Positions 38,955-49,200 of a DNA stretch of 64,000 nucleotides are shown piece after piece. Made by a program: the position numbers and the translations under genes. Within the stretch, counting starts at the first letter, position 1. Each line of letters opens with the position of its first letter. The DNA comes from Escherichia phage vB_EcoS_HdK1. The notes under the pieces are model-generated. The model made no database searches, had not been told where the DNA came from, and saw only the letters and a program-made list of their open reading frames with translations. The stretch is taken from sequence record MK373794.1. One strand, 5' to 3'.

Positions 38955-39481
38955 TAGTTAACATGGCATTTAGATGTTTCTTCAATGGTACATTCTACCA
39001 GTTCAACACCATATTGGTCAAGCAGTTGAGGACCAATTACGTCAACCATATATGCAGCTAAGTTTTCCGCAGTTGGGTTGAATGGTAAAGCTACCAAAGA
39101 ATTAAAGAAAGGATCATAATCTTCATCCGTCACTAAATTGTTCTCGCGCGCAAACTTAGTCGATGCAACAACAATGAGCGAATTAATCAGGCTGTCTTGT
39201 TCCCAATGCAGGAACTTATGATCCCAATTATCTTCCAGCCACTGGCAGAGCGTAGTTTTAACCACACTAAAGTCGATAACGCGGCCTACATCGTCCAGGG
39301 ATCCTTCTAAAGCAAATCCACTTACAGACTTAACGTAACCTTCCGACAATGTTTTCTTTGGTGCGACTTTAAAATGGAACTTATAGTTGTGACCATGAAG
39401 ATGGCGACATTTGCTTTCGTGACCTACAACACGATGACCAGCGCAAATCTCGTGTGTGAAACGAATAACAGTGTAACCCAT
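38945..39481 (-). CDS. queD: 6-carboxy-5,6,7,8-tetrahydropterin synthase (QueD)
   Basis: C-x3-H-G-H motif (CRHLHGHNY) characteristic of the QueD family. Confidence 0.7.
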   Translation of the reverse strand: MGYTVIRFTHEICAGHRVVGHESKCRHLHGHNYKFHFKVAPKKTLSEGYVKSVSGFALEGSLDDVGRVIDFSVVKTTLCQWLEDNWDHKFLHWEQDSLINSLIVVASTKFARENNLVTDEDYDPFFNSLVALPFNPTAENLAAYMVDVIGPQLLDQYGVELVECTIEETSKCHVNYCK

Positions 39482-39483
39482 TT

Positions 39484-40900
39484 TTATTCCTCGTTTTCGT
39501 ATTTAATAACTTCTTGTGCGTTATTAATATTAAACGCAGTCCGGCGCATCATGCAAGGGCCACAAGTACCGCAATGCAAATCCCCGTTACGGTAACAGCT
39601 CCAGGTGTGCTCCAACGGGGCCCCTAAACGCAGACCTGTAGCGACAATCTCGTGCTTCATTAAGTTACCTACAGGCATGAGCACTTCAACGCGCTTACCG
39701 TCCCCTACAGCGAACGGTAACACCTGATTAAAGCGATTAATAAACTCAGGTTCGTTGTCCGGATAGGCTCCAGCTTCTTCTAGGTTGTTACCAAGAACAA
39801 TATAGTCGAAACCGTTAGCTTCTGCGTATGCAGTAGCAACAGAAAGCATCACAAGGTTACGAGCTGGAACCCATTCATGCGCGAACTCAGCGCCTTCTTC
39901 ACCGCCCGCAATTGCAGCATCTTGGTCAAATAACGGGCTATCTTTTTTATCGTAAATTGGGATTGGGAATTCAACTAATGGAACTTCCATCACTTCCGCA
40001 ATTTTACGAATAGCCTTCAACTCGTTAGTTTCTGCACGACAACCATACTGGAAGTTAATTAGAGTGACATCTAAACCATTGGACTTACACATTTGAGCTG
40101 CTACTGTGCTGTCCATACCACCACTGGCGACAACTAACGCACGTTGAGTTTGCTTATTTGGAATAAGATCAACTTCATTACATACATCAGTGGATGTGAC
40201 CACATTACATGAATAAGGCTTCAGCATTTGCTTAATAGCGCGTGTTGGTAGCATGTCTTCCTGGCTGGCGAAATACATACCAGTATCAGTCTTACCAATC
40301 CAGATTGGACGATAATTACATGCTGTAAACACACATCCCGGAAAGGAATCATGTGTCGCAAGGATTGCGAAGCTACCTTTTAATTTGCGAACAACTTCAT
40401 GAAACACACTGTACAGGTAATTAAAGTCAGACAAACACATTTCATCTGCTGAAAGTGTACATTCCGCTAACTGTTCAACAATCGCAGCACTATCAATCTT
40501 AGTCTGTAGGGCATAGGTACGAAGGTCTTTATCGTTCGCAATAGTACCGTTATGAACAATAGTCCAACCATCCATATGATACGGTTGCTGGTCCCACTCA
40601 TTCTTGTCAACGACCCACTCTGTAGTCGGTTCAGCGCGAGCGTTACCAATCATTGTGAAGCTACCAATAGCTCCAGCATGAGATACAATGCGCCCAACTT
40701 TAACAAGACGTTCCAGCGATGTTTTCTTACCGACACTAACAATACGTTGCGGGTGCATACTGTGGTCACCATGCGTAAAGCGTACACCAAGACCATCACG
40801 ACCACGGTTGATACTAGCTTTAATAAGATCCTCAATGTCGTTACGGATAATAAGACTTTCAGGTTGACCGTTAGTAATAACACCAAAGATAGAGCACATA
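39484..40900 (-). CDS. queC: Glutamine amidotransferase (class II, N-terminal Cys) fused to 7-cyano-7-deazaguanine synthase (Gat-QueC)
   Basis: MCSIFG N-terminus typical of Ntn amidotransferases (start placed at the Met-Cys preceded by AAGGAAGG); QueC PP-loop SGGMDS and C-terminal Zn cluster C..CGTCGPC. Confidence 0.8.
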
Positions 40901-41647
40901 TTATTTACCTTCCTTAACCATTTCAATTTCACGCTCAACGGATGCAATAATATCGTTGAGGTCTTCCAGTAAGTCTTTATGACCGCGCTCACCCGCACAC
41001 AGCACTTTCTTCAGTGCATGTTGCATGGGCCCACTGGTTACATTGAATGCTTTAATTACGTCGTACACGTCAACCCATACATCAATTTCAATTGGGCTAC
41101 CATTAATGTCATGGGATTCAAAAGTTTTAATTTTGCGCATATATTTATTCGGACGTGGAGCTTTAATCTCCTGGATACAACCCTTGTCGATAAACGTTTC
41201 TTTAATAAATACTTCAGGATTACCTTCTTTGTCACGATCAACGTTAAAGACATTCGTAAGTAGATCGTCCATGATACTGGTTAATTTCTGAGTAGACGTC
41301 GTATGCTTCACGGTATTCACTTCCTCTTCTGCTTTCTGACTTCTTCTGGCAGAAGTATTGATACGCCATTTGTAAAGTGCATTACGTGGAGGCGTTACAT
41401 GCGTGTTGTAGACCGTCTTTAAGTTCATAAGATCGTGTCCATCCATACCTTCAACAAAGACAGTGAGTGCAGGGCAACTATCGTTCAGAACATCCACCAT
41501 ATACCCTTCTCGAATCACAGATGCAAGAGCTGCATGGGACGCAGCCTGAGAAACTGTGGTTACATAATGTTTTACAAATCCGTCTTCATCAAACAGACAC
41601 TGGTTCAACACATTTTCTGGAACGATTTCACCGAGTAAACTGAACAT
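40901..41647 (-). CDS. Hypothetical protein embedded in the 7-deazaguanine cluster
   Basis: 248 aa, tightly packed between the Gat-QueC and QueE genes on the same strand; no motif assigned. Confidence 0.45.
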   Translation of the reverse strand: MFSLLGEIVPENVLNQCLFDEDGFVKHYVTTVSQAASHAALASVIREGYMVDVLNDSCPALTVFVEGMDGHDLMNLKTVYNTHVTPPRNALYKWRINTSARRSQKAEEEVNTVKHTTSTQKLTSIMDDLLTNVFNVDRDKEGNPEVFIKETFIDKGCIQEIKAPRPNKYMRKIKTFESHDINGSPIEIDVWVDVYDVIKAFNVTSGPMQHALKKVLCAGERGHKDLLEDLNDIIASVEREIEMVKEGK

Positions 41648-41720
41648 ACTTATTCATAATAACCTACCTTATTAGTTGAACATACCATGTCTTCTAGCGT
41701 GTGCGTGAGTATGTATAGCT

Positions 41721-42509
41721 TCACTCTACACCTAAATATTTGTGGATCTGCAATTGCACGATGTAATTGTGCTTCATTGCATATTTAACGACAGCTTGAG
41801 CGTTTGCTTTATTAGCATCGTCGTCCTGTTCATCCATAGGTTGAAGATAAATCTTACCTTTAAAGTGTACAGGCGGACGTGCGATAAATGGTGTCGCACG
41901 GTGATCCAGTGCCTGCAACGGTAAACCATCTTCCTCGTTGACGTTTCCGCTTTTCATTACATATTTGAAAGCATCCGCTCGAGCGGAAACGCTAGGGTGA
42001 ACCTTTGCTGCCTTAGGACTACATACTACCACACAGTTATAGTTGAGTTCACGCGGGATAGGCATAGTTCCGTTAGTTTCAACCTGTACGCGATAACCTT
42101 TCATATCAATAAGGTAATTGATAAAATTAGCAACTTCAGGTTGACGGAAAGGTTCTCCGCCAGTAATGACAACTAAGTTAGTCTTGGCTTCACCAGTAAC
42201 ACGGACAATCTCTTGCCAGATGTCACCGTGATTCATCTTCTTACGATTGGACGTGTAGTTTGTATCACATCCTGGGCATTGCAAATTACAACCAGCTAAT
42301 CGAACAAACACGGCAGGTTGACCACAAAACGGGCCTTCGCCTTGAATGGTATGAAAAATGGAATGCACGTCAAGAATACCACGTTCACGAACTAACTTCT
42401 CAGGTTCCTGAGTATTAATAATTTTCATATGATTTCCAAATTTGGCTTGAGCCCAGTGGTGGGCGATAATGGCTTGTGCAAACATTTGAACCTCGGGGTA
42501 AGATAACAA
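41721..42509 (-). CDS. queE: 7-carboxy-7-deazaguanine synthase (QueE, radical SAM)
   Basis: Motif RLAGCNLQCPGCDTNYT matches the QueE Cys-x3-Cys-x2-Cys-type iron-sulfur cluster signature. Confidence 0.8.
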   Translation of the reverse strand: MLSYPEVQMFAQAIIAHHWAQAKFGNHMKIINTQEPEKLVRERGILDVHSIFHTIQGEGPFCGQPAVFVRLAGCNLQCPGCDTNYTSNRKKMNHGDIWQEIVRVTGEAKTNLVVITGGEPFRQPEVANFINYLIDMKGYRVQVETNGTMPIPRELNYNCVVVCSPKAAKVHPSVSARADAFKYVMKSGNVNEEDGLPLQALDHRATPFIARPPVHFKGKIYLQPMDEQDDDANKANAQAVVKYAMKHNYIVQLQIHKYLGVE

Positions 42510-42548
42510 AGGGGCAGTAAATGCCCCTTCTGAGTTTCCGAAGTATCT

Positions 42549-43379
42549 ACAGATTACTCTGCAGTTTTCTGAGACGGAATTTCTACGTTAGCGGCCGCTT
42601 GTGCAATATTAGCAGGTACTGGAACGGATACGCGACCAGTAATGCCCATGTATTTCTTCCAGCGAGCGTATTCCGCTTTAACGTTGGCTTCGTTCAGGCC
42701 TTTGTCCAGTGCAACAGGCCAGAACGTAGCTGATCGGTGCAGTCTGCCCCAGCTCCAGGGTCACAGCGTCAAAGATATCCCATGCAGCACGGCACAGAGT
42801 ACCAACACCAGGCTTGCGAATACCGTTCTGTTCAGGCTCTTTCTTAGCTTCGCGTTCTGCTGCTTTACGAGCACGCTCTTCGTCCTGCAGACGTTTCTTC
42901 TCAGCGCGTTGTGCGTCACGTTTCGCTTTTTCAGCGGCCTTAGTGGCTTCGCGGGCAGCGGATACACGACCTTTAACATCTTTCAGAGTGGATTCAATGG
43001 AGGAAACCAGATCTTCAGATGCTGCAACGGCAGTTTTCAGCTGATCGTTGTCTTTAACTTTACGTGCTGCCGCTTTAACAGCTTTCAGACCTTCTTTAGC
43101 GGTCTTCAGCTGAGCGGTAACTACGCCTTCAACTGCTTTAACTTCGTCCAGCAATGAACCTTCGTTCAGGGTCGCGAACTGTTCTTTAACAGCGGACGTA
43201 GCACCTTCGATCACATTGTAACCGGCAGTGGCTTCGTTCATTGCGGCGTCAACTTTAGCCTGCAATTCACGTGCTGCTTTTTCTTCAGCTTCACGTTTTT
43301 TCTTTGCTTCAGCTTCTTTTGCTGCTTTCTTTGCTGCTTCTTCTGCTTCCAGTTGTTCTGGAGTTTTCTCTTTAGCCAT
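42549..43379 (-). CDS. Lys/Ala/Glu-rich protein (histone-like N-terminus), with an apparent frameshift near 42725
   Basis: Track ORF 42678..43379; an alternate frame continues plausibly (..ALDKGLNEANVKAEYARWKKYMGITGRV..) to a stop near 42549. Confidence 0.4.
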
Positions 43380-43475
43380 GATTTAAATCCTCACAGTGTG
43401 GTTATTGGTTGTGAACTACGTTCTAAGTGGTTGCACTATAACCCCTCTAAAAGAACTATGCAATATTTTAGTTAA

Positions 43476-44199
43476 TTAATTTAAGCCACGTTCTTTTACC
43501 CAGACCCCTAATGTATTACTTGATGTATTACGCTTCACACCTTGTGCCTCTAAACGATCCATCATTTGTTTTCTAAGCTGAAGGATTTCCTTCTTGTCAC
43601 GAGGTTCACCAGCTTCTTTCCACATTTCGTCAGCAACAGCGAAAATAATATCGCGAGTGCCGGCTGTACGCGACGTTGCGGCACGTTTTTCGTTTGCCGG
43701 TGTGCTAGTACCTTGCCGCTCTCTTGTCGGTGTCCATGCCCCTTGTATGCCCATATTTGTTTGTACGGTTGGGCCGTCAATGATGGCGGATTCCAATGAA
43801 CTATCATTCCGTACTTGAATATTAGGCTCCTCCCCCAAATCTGGAACAGAGCTGCCTTCGCGGTACATGCACTCACCCTCTTTATTACTAGCAATTGCCC
43901 AGTCCGCTTGTTCAGCCACATCCGCATCTATTACTGTCTCCGGTATTTCATTTAAAAAGTAATGGATGATCTTACTGATCATTTTCTTTGGATATAAAGC
44001 ACCTTGCTTATTACCCGTTAAGTTGATGTACAAAAGCTGCATTTGCACATCATCAAACTCTTTATACAGTTCTTCAACTTCTAACGGGAAAGAACTACAG
44101 AACTTTCGCTACAGCATAGAATTCCATACTCATGAAGACGTTGAAAGTTTGGATGTTTGGCTAATACCTGCATCCGATCGTAATCAATTAAGACGTACA
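43476..44199 (-). CDS. Hypothetical protein, with an apparent frameshift near 44090
   Basis: Track ORFs 44081..44278 (MYVLIDYDRMQV..) and 43476..44048 join across a frame change. Confidence 0.35.
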
Positions 44200-44201
44200 T
44201 A

Positions 44202-44441
44202 TTAATCCTTCCACCATTCGGGCCCACAATACATTCCACGTAGTTCTTCACGCATGTAATTTTCAAACTCGTCTTCAATATTGATTACTTGACTTTCGTG
44301 AAAAACTGCTACACCATGAATAAATCGTTTAGCTCTTTCTCCTTTAATTACACCGTAACCTAACGCCTCCCACTCTTTAAAAGTCTTCCATTCACCATCT
44401 TCCGGTGAATAGTCGTCACTTCTAAACGTCATCTTTGCCAT
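44202..44441 (-). CDS. Hypothetical protein, about 80 aa
   Basis: Internal start MAKMTF of track ORF 44202..44609, avoiding overlap with the helicase. Confidence 0.4.
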   Translation of the reverse strand: MAKMTFRSDDYSPEDGEWKTFKEWEALGYGVIKGERAKRFIHGVAVFHESQVINIEDEFENYMREELRGMYCGPEWWKD

Positions 44442-44448
44442 ATAAGCC

Positions 44449-46452
44449 TCAAAACGGAATGTCGTCATCAAAGTCTGGTGGTAGTTCTTTACCGTTACCA
44501 GTAAGAATAGGTTGATTAGACGTAGAATGCAATACTGTCGTACGGGAATCAGTCTGCTCATCTTCATCAAACTTATTCGTATAACTTCCACCAAACTGGG
44601 ACAGACCATTCATTGCTGCAATTTGTACAACCGGACGTTCGTTTGTTGCTTCTTTCTTACCGAATTCACTACCATCATAGCAACTATTCAACACTTCGGG
44701 GAACTTACCCTTCAAGTTGACATATATGTGCGTCGGTACACGAAGCTGGCTGACCACATTGAGTGCTTCGTCAATGTTAGCTGGGATTGCCAAGCTGCAA
44801 TGCTCGCGCCACCAGTTACGCGCTTTCTTACCTGCAAAGCCGGTATGGAACAGGCAAATATATTGTTGAATAGTTTGTGAGCCACAAAGATAGTCCACGC
44901 GAAGTGTCGGTGGCTTAGAACGGTCACCCCTGTTCTCGTGGCGGTAGTAACTCACCATATCAACTTTCAATACCTCAGTGACTGGTAAATCATTCTTGAT
45001 AATAGCTTTCGTACTAGCACTCGCCATTAGTTTCTTCTCAAAAGTAAACTCATGACCGCAATAACCAGCACGGCACGCTTTATTATTCGTAATGGTATAA
45101 CCTAATCCTTGCAGATAGAGTATTTCTTCATGTGACATGCTACTTGTGTCGAATGGTTTTAACCCACCACAGAAGCGAACTGACGCATGGTTCCATGTTT
45201 TACATATTGGGCATTCCTTAACAGGTGCAGCGGATTTTCCTTTCTGCCCTGGACGCTTAGGAATAACAGGGTCATTAATAGGCCCAAGGCGCCTTGTGTT
45301 ACCTGCATAATCCAATACAAGACAGTTCTGTTTATGCGAAGCGGAGATAGCTTGCAAACGACCCTCTGTTGTGGTCAAATCAAAACCATCTGCATAATCA
45401 GGTCGTGTACCACGTCCAAGCATCTGAACCCACAAACGGGAAGATTGAGATGGTCGCATACCAATTATCAAGTCAAGTCCTGGATGGTCAAAGCCTGTCG
45501 TTAATACGTTGTTGTTTGCTATTGCCTGTAAACGACCAGCTTTAAAATCAATAAGATACTGGTCACGCAAGGCTTTCGGTGTATCACCAGTTACAACTTC
45601 ACAACTAATACCGCGCTCGTTGAGGTAGTCCTTGACATCTTTTGCATGGTCTACACCAGCACAAAAGACAAGCCAACTCATTCTATTCTCTTCTTCCGCA
45701 ATACTAATCGCATCATCTAATAAATGGCGAGTTACATCAGGATCGTTTACAACCTTTTGAAGCTCACTTTCAATGAACTCACCGCCTCGAGTATGAACAC
45801 CACTTACATCATACTCTTTCTTTGTTTTACGTGGTACTAACGGAACAAGATAACCCTCATCAATGAACCAGTTGAAGCACTCTACGGTACATGCGTTAAA
45901 TACGATTTCATCAAATAAAGCATTAGGCGCATAATCATCTTTGATAATAGAACCAAAACCAAGACGCCAACTCGTAGCAGTAAGACCGATAATCTTTAGA
46001 TATGGATTCTTTTCACGAATGTGCGCAAAGAACTTCTGGTAACTTGTTTGTTGATTTGGGCTAATAAGGTCACATTCGTCAACTATAATAATATCAACGT
46101 CCTCAAAGTATTTAGCTTGTTTTGCAACAGACTGAATACCCGCGAACGTTATCATTGCGTTCTTATCTTTGCGGCCCATACCAGCACTATAAATACCAGT
46201 CGGTGCTTCAGGCCACAACTTCTTAAATTTATCGTGGTTCTGGTCTATCAATTCTTTTACGTGAGTAATTACCATCATGCGGGTACTACCCCAATTATCG
46301 TGAATTGTCTTTAATAGACCAGCAATTACAAGGGACTTACCAGTCCCTGTAGGCAACAAGATAACAGGATTTCCTGACTTTTCACCATGCTTGATGAAAT
46401 AGCGCAATGTACTGTTTACAGCTTCTTGCTGATAATCACGTAGTTTGAACAT
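44449..46452 (-). CDS. Superfamily-2 DNA helicase (DEAD/DEAH-type) with C-terminal Cys-rich region
   Basis: Walker A LLPTGTGKS, motif II IIVDECD, SAT-like TATSWR; C-terminal zinc-finger-like Cys pairs. Confidence 0.8.
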   Translation of the reverse strand: MFKLRDYQQEAVNSTLRYFIKHGEKSGNPVILLPTGTGKSLVIAGLLKTIHDNWGSTRMMVITHVKELIDQNHDKFKKLWPEAPTGIYSAGMGRKDKNAMITFAGIQSVAKQAKYFEDVDIIIVDECDLISPNQQTSYQKFFAHIREKNPYLKIIGLTATSWRLGFGSIIKDDYAPNALFDEIVFNACTVECFNWFIDEGYLVPLVPRKTKKEYDVSGVHTRGGEFIESELQKVVNDPDVTRHLLDDAISIAEEENRMSWLVFCAGVDHAKDVKDYLNERGISCEVVTGDTPKALRDQYLIDFKAGRLQAIANNNVLTTGFDHPGLDLIIGMRPSQSSRLWVQMLGRGTRPDYADGFDLTTTEGRLQAISASHKQNCLVLDYAGNTRRLGPINDPVIPKRPGQKGKSAAPVKECPICKTWNHASVRFCGGLKPFDTSSMSHEEILYLQGLGYTITNNKACRAGYCGHEFTFEKKLMASASTKAIIKNDLPVTEVLKVDMVSYYRHENRGDRSKPPTLRVDYLCGSQTIQQYICLFHTGFAGKKARNWWREHCSLAIPANIDEALNVVSQLRVPTHIYVNLKGKFPEVLNSCYDGSEFGKKEATNERPVVQIAAMNGLSQFGGSYTNKFDEDEQTDSRTTVLHSTSNQPILTGNGKELPPDFDDDIPF

Positions 46453-47403
46453 TTACTCACCGTAATAATCTGCTGCTTCGTATTGACCACATGCTGCCAT
46501 TTGATCTTCCTTCGTTAACACACCTTCGGTTCCATCGGTGATGTATGCAGTAGCAGAAGCTACTTTGATTGCGCATCTCCAGGTTCCATCTTCAAGCGGA
46601 TAAGAGTGCTTACAGGTGCGGCAGTTAACTTCAGGCATTTTGTTGTTATGGCACACCGCTTTGTGGTCACACCATTTGCATTTATAGTAAGATTTACTTT
46701 CATTGATCTTAGGTGGTGGGCATTCCGCCAGTGCAATTACAAATCCACGGTCTTTGTAGCGTTCTGCTGTTTCTTTATCAAACGGTACAAGCTCTGCCCA
46801 AATCTCGTCCGTGTTCTTATTAACTGCAATATAAAGAGCGGCTGGGAGTCCATAATACAACATGTATTCCTGCATCTGAACATAGTGCTCCCATTTGGAT
46901 TCCATCACACCATTAACGACAAGTTTCTTGAACGAATCGTTATTGTGCGTTTTCATCTCCGTTAAGATTGGTGTAGAAGGTTGTGGCATGTCAGGACAAC
47001 CAATGACAATACCATCTATCGCGGAACCAAAGTGCCCGTTGAGATAGCTGACTCTATACTGGCTGCCATTTTCGTCTTGTTGGATGACTTGCATACCGGC
47101 GGTAAGTAATAAGGCCACGAAGCGACCTTCTTCAAGATGCCCGCGATTGAATAGACGTAAGGTCTTACCGTTAAAGTGTGGTTTTGTTGCCCATCGCCAT
47201 CCGTAGAAGATTGCTCTGCTACACTCCTGCCCGATAAGACTAATCCCAAGATGCGAACGGAATCCGCCATCCCCCTCTCGATATGCGTCTTCAATATGCG
47301 GTAATACTTTTCCGAGCCATACTCTGTAAGCGGATCCTTGATCTCGTTCAATACAGTCATTGAATAACTCCATTGTCTTAGTAGCAGGATAAAAATGTGG
47401 CAT
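46453..47403 (-). CDS. PD-(D/E)XK exonuclease (Cas4/RecB-like) with C-terminal Cys cluster
   Basis: Acidic/Lys nuclease-core pattern and a C-terminal CKWC..C..C..C cluster typical of Cas4-like Fe-S nucleases. Confidence 0.5.
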   Translation of the reverse strand: MPHFYPATKTMELFNDCIERDQGSAYRVWLGKVLPHIEDAYREGDGGFRSHLGISLIGQECSRAIFYGWRWATKPHFNGKTLRLFNRGHLEEGRFVALLLTAGMQVIQQDENGSQYRVSYLNGHFGSAIDGIVIGCPDMPQPSTPILTEMKTHNNDSFKKLVVNGVMESKWEHYVQMQEYMLYYGLPAALYIAVNKNTDEIWAELVPFDKETAERYKDRGFVIALAECPPPKINESKSYYKCKWCDHKAVCHNNKMPEVNCRTCKHSYPLEDGTWRCAIKVASATAYITDGTEGVLTKEDQMAACGQYEAADYYGE

Positions 47404-47465
47404 ATCATAATCCTATATAGAAAAATAAAGCTCCCGGAGGAGCTTTATTATAACATGATTTTTAA

Positions 47466-48386
47466 TTACTGTGCAGCGTCATCGCCTTCGGTGGAACGTT
47501 TCCACGGTGGAGTCTTGGTCTGAGCTGCTTTAGCGATATCGTCCTGGACTTCAGGTTCTGCATGGTTAGCAGTACCAGTGTTCTGAGCTTGAGTTTGCGG
47601 TTGCTCCGCTCCAGGCTGTACCTGCTGAGTTGCCCAGTTAGGCTGCTGTGTGGCTTGTTGCTGCGGCTGCTGCGCACCAGTAGCCCACGGTTGAGATTGT
47701 GCCGCGCTGTTAAAATCAACTGTTCCAGACTGCTGCTGTTGCTGTACCGGCTGCTGCGGCTGTTGTTGCTGCTGCGGCTGCTGGAACCCCTGAGTCTGAG
47801 GTTGTTGCTGCTGTTGCTGCGGCTGCTGCCCAAATGCGCCCGGGAAACCCTGCTGCGGTTGCTGCTGTTGTTGCTGAGCACCACCGAACGCACCGCCACC
47901 AAATGCTGGGGATTGTGCTGCCGCTGCCGGAGTTGATTTAGGCAGGTTAGCCATATCCGCCTTAGTTGCGTATACAACACCTTCCATATTATCAATTGCT
48001 TGATAAATCTGAGGTTCGTTGTTTGGCTCATAGCCGGGTTGCTGACGAACTTTCACTTTCAGGTTAAACGGGATACCGTGCAGTTGTTCAGTATCGTTCC
48101 AGACTGGAACTTTAACAGCACGAGACAGCTCTGCCAGTTCTTCCATTGCAATCTGTACAGCGACAGGGTTCGCGTTCTTGACGTTGTAACCGCCAAACAT
48201 TACACGACCAGCAAAATCACCCTGCATAATCTTAAACTGAAGATTCAGACGCGCACCGCCTGGAGTTTTAGTCGGTTTGATTTCAGAGTTTACAATCTGA
48301 ACAACATACCAACCAGCGGGCATCAAGCTGTTGTGTTGACGCTCTGCGTGTTGTCCAGCGTTAAATTGCATTCCTAAACCGGCCAT
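47466..48386 (-). CDS. Putative ssDNA-binding / recombination-associated protein with long Gln/Pro-rich low-complexity C-terminal region
   Basis: Structured N-terminal ~130 aa; then repeated Q and P with an acidic tail; adjacent to the Sak4-like ATPase. Confidence 0.45.
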   Translation of the reverse strand: MAGLGMQFNAGQHAERQHNSLMPAGWYVVQIVNSEIKPTKTPGGARLNLQFKIMQGDFAGRVMFGGYNVKNANPVAVQIAMEELAELSRAVKVPVWNDTEQLHGIPFNLKVKVRQQPGYEPNNEPQIYQAIDNMEGVVYATKADMANLPKSTPAAAAQSPAFGGGAFGGAQQQQQQPQQGFPGAFGQQPQQQQQQPQTQGFQQPQQQQQPQQPVQQQQQSGTVDFNSAAQSQPWATGAQQPQQQATQQPNWATQQVQPGAEQPQTQAQNTGTANHAEPEVQDDIAKAAQTKTPPWKRSTEGDDAAQ

Positions 48387-48407
48387 TATTGTACCCCTTT
48401 GATTTTG

Positions 48408-49136
48408 TTAATGATTGCACCGAGATGTGGATATTCCATCTGTTCTAACGAACGAACCAGAACGATCTTTACATACATTTGACAGATCTGGTCTTGTCAG
48501 CAGATAACGAAAATCTGCTTGAGTATTTTGGTCTTTACCAACACTAATCTTGAACACTTCGTCAAAAAAGTATGGTAATTCTGGACCTAATTTTGCACCA
48601 GGCATAGAAGGACCATAAGACGTAATACCTGTTAACTCGTCCTTATTACGGGACATTTTAGCTGCCATGTATACGTTAAGTCCAGGGATATCTCGAAAAG
48701 CACGAACCAACGTTTGCATCTTCTCAATGAGATCCCCATAAGCCTGACGCGGATCCTTTACAGTACGCTTCGCATTGTTAAGGCACTTTTCAGCAATCTC
48801 AGTAAGTGAATCCAGCGCAAGAGATTGAAAGCGCGGTAAACCATCTTCACCTACAGGATTGTTTGCAGGATTAGTTGCCCAAACATAAGCCTGCTCCACA
48901 TCCTGGATATTTTCAACCGTGATGGTTGGAATATCGTAACAGATATCTGGTCTGTTTTCACCAAACACACGAGCAATGTTATTCGGTGTTAAAGACAGAA
49001 GCCCAGACTCTGCAGAAATCAGCAACGGTCTTGGAAGAGTTGCTGTAAGCATGGTCTTACCCATACCGGATTCACCATACACAAGCATCTTGACACCAGT
49101 GTCCAAAACTGCCTGCGCGGTAGTTGTAAATTGCAT
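48408..49136 (-). CDS. RecA-like / AAA ATPase (Sak4-like recombination protein)
   Basis: N-terminal Walker A VYGESGMGKT; size of about 240 aa. Confidence 0.55.
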   Translation of the reverse strand: MQFTTTAQAVLDTGVKMLVYGESGMGKTMLTATLPRPLLISAESGLLSLTPNNIARVFGENRPDICYDIPTITVENIQDVEQAYVWATNPANNPVGEDGLPRFQSLALDSLTEIAEKCLNNAKRTVKDPRQAYGDLIEKMQTLVRAFRDIPGLNVYMAAKMSRNKDELTGITSYGPSMPGAKLGPELPYFFDEVFKISVGKDQNTQADFRYLLTRPDLSNVCKDRSGSFVRTDGISTSRCNH

Positions 49137-49200
49137 AAGTTGTTCCTTGTGTGGTTACGGTTGCAATACTAGGACCTAATTAACCTGAATGCAAACGTGA

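Noticed and set aside
42642-43157. Plus-strand ORFs 42642..43157 and 42814..43044 and minus-strand 42761..42979
   Set aside because: Antisense or alternate-frame readings of the Lys/Ala/Glu-rich gene; biased composition keeps frames open.
47462-48031. Alternate-frame ORFs 47462..48031 (-) and 47562..47936 (+) overlapping the SSB-like gene
   Set aside because: Artefacts of the CAG/CTG-rich tract; translations are Ser/Arg/Leu-rich low-complexity strings.
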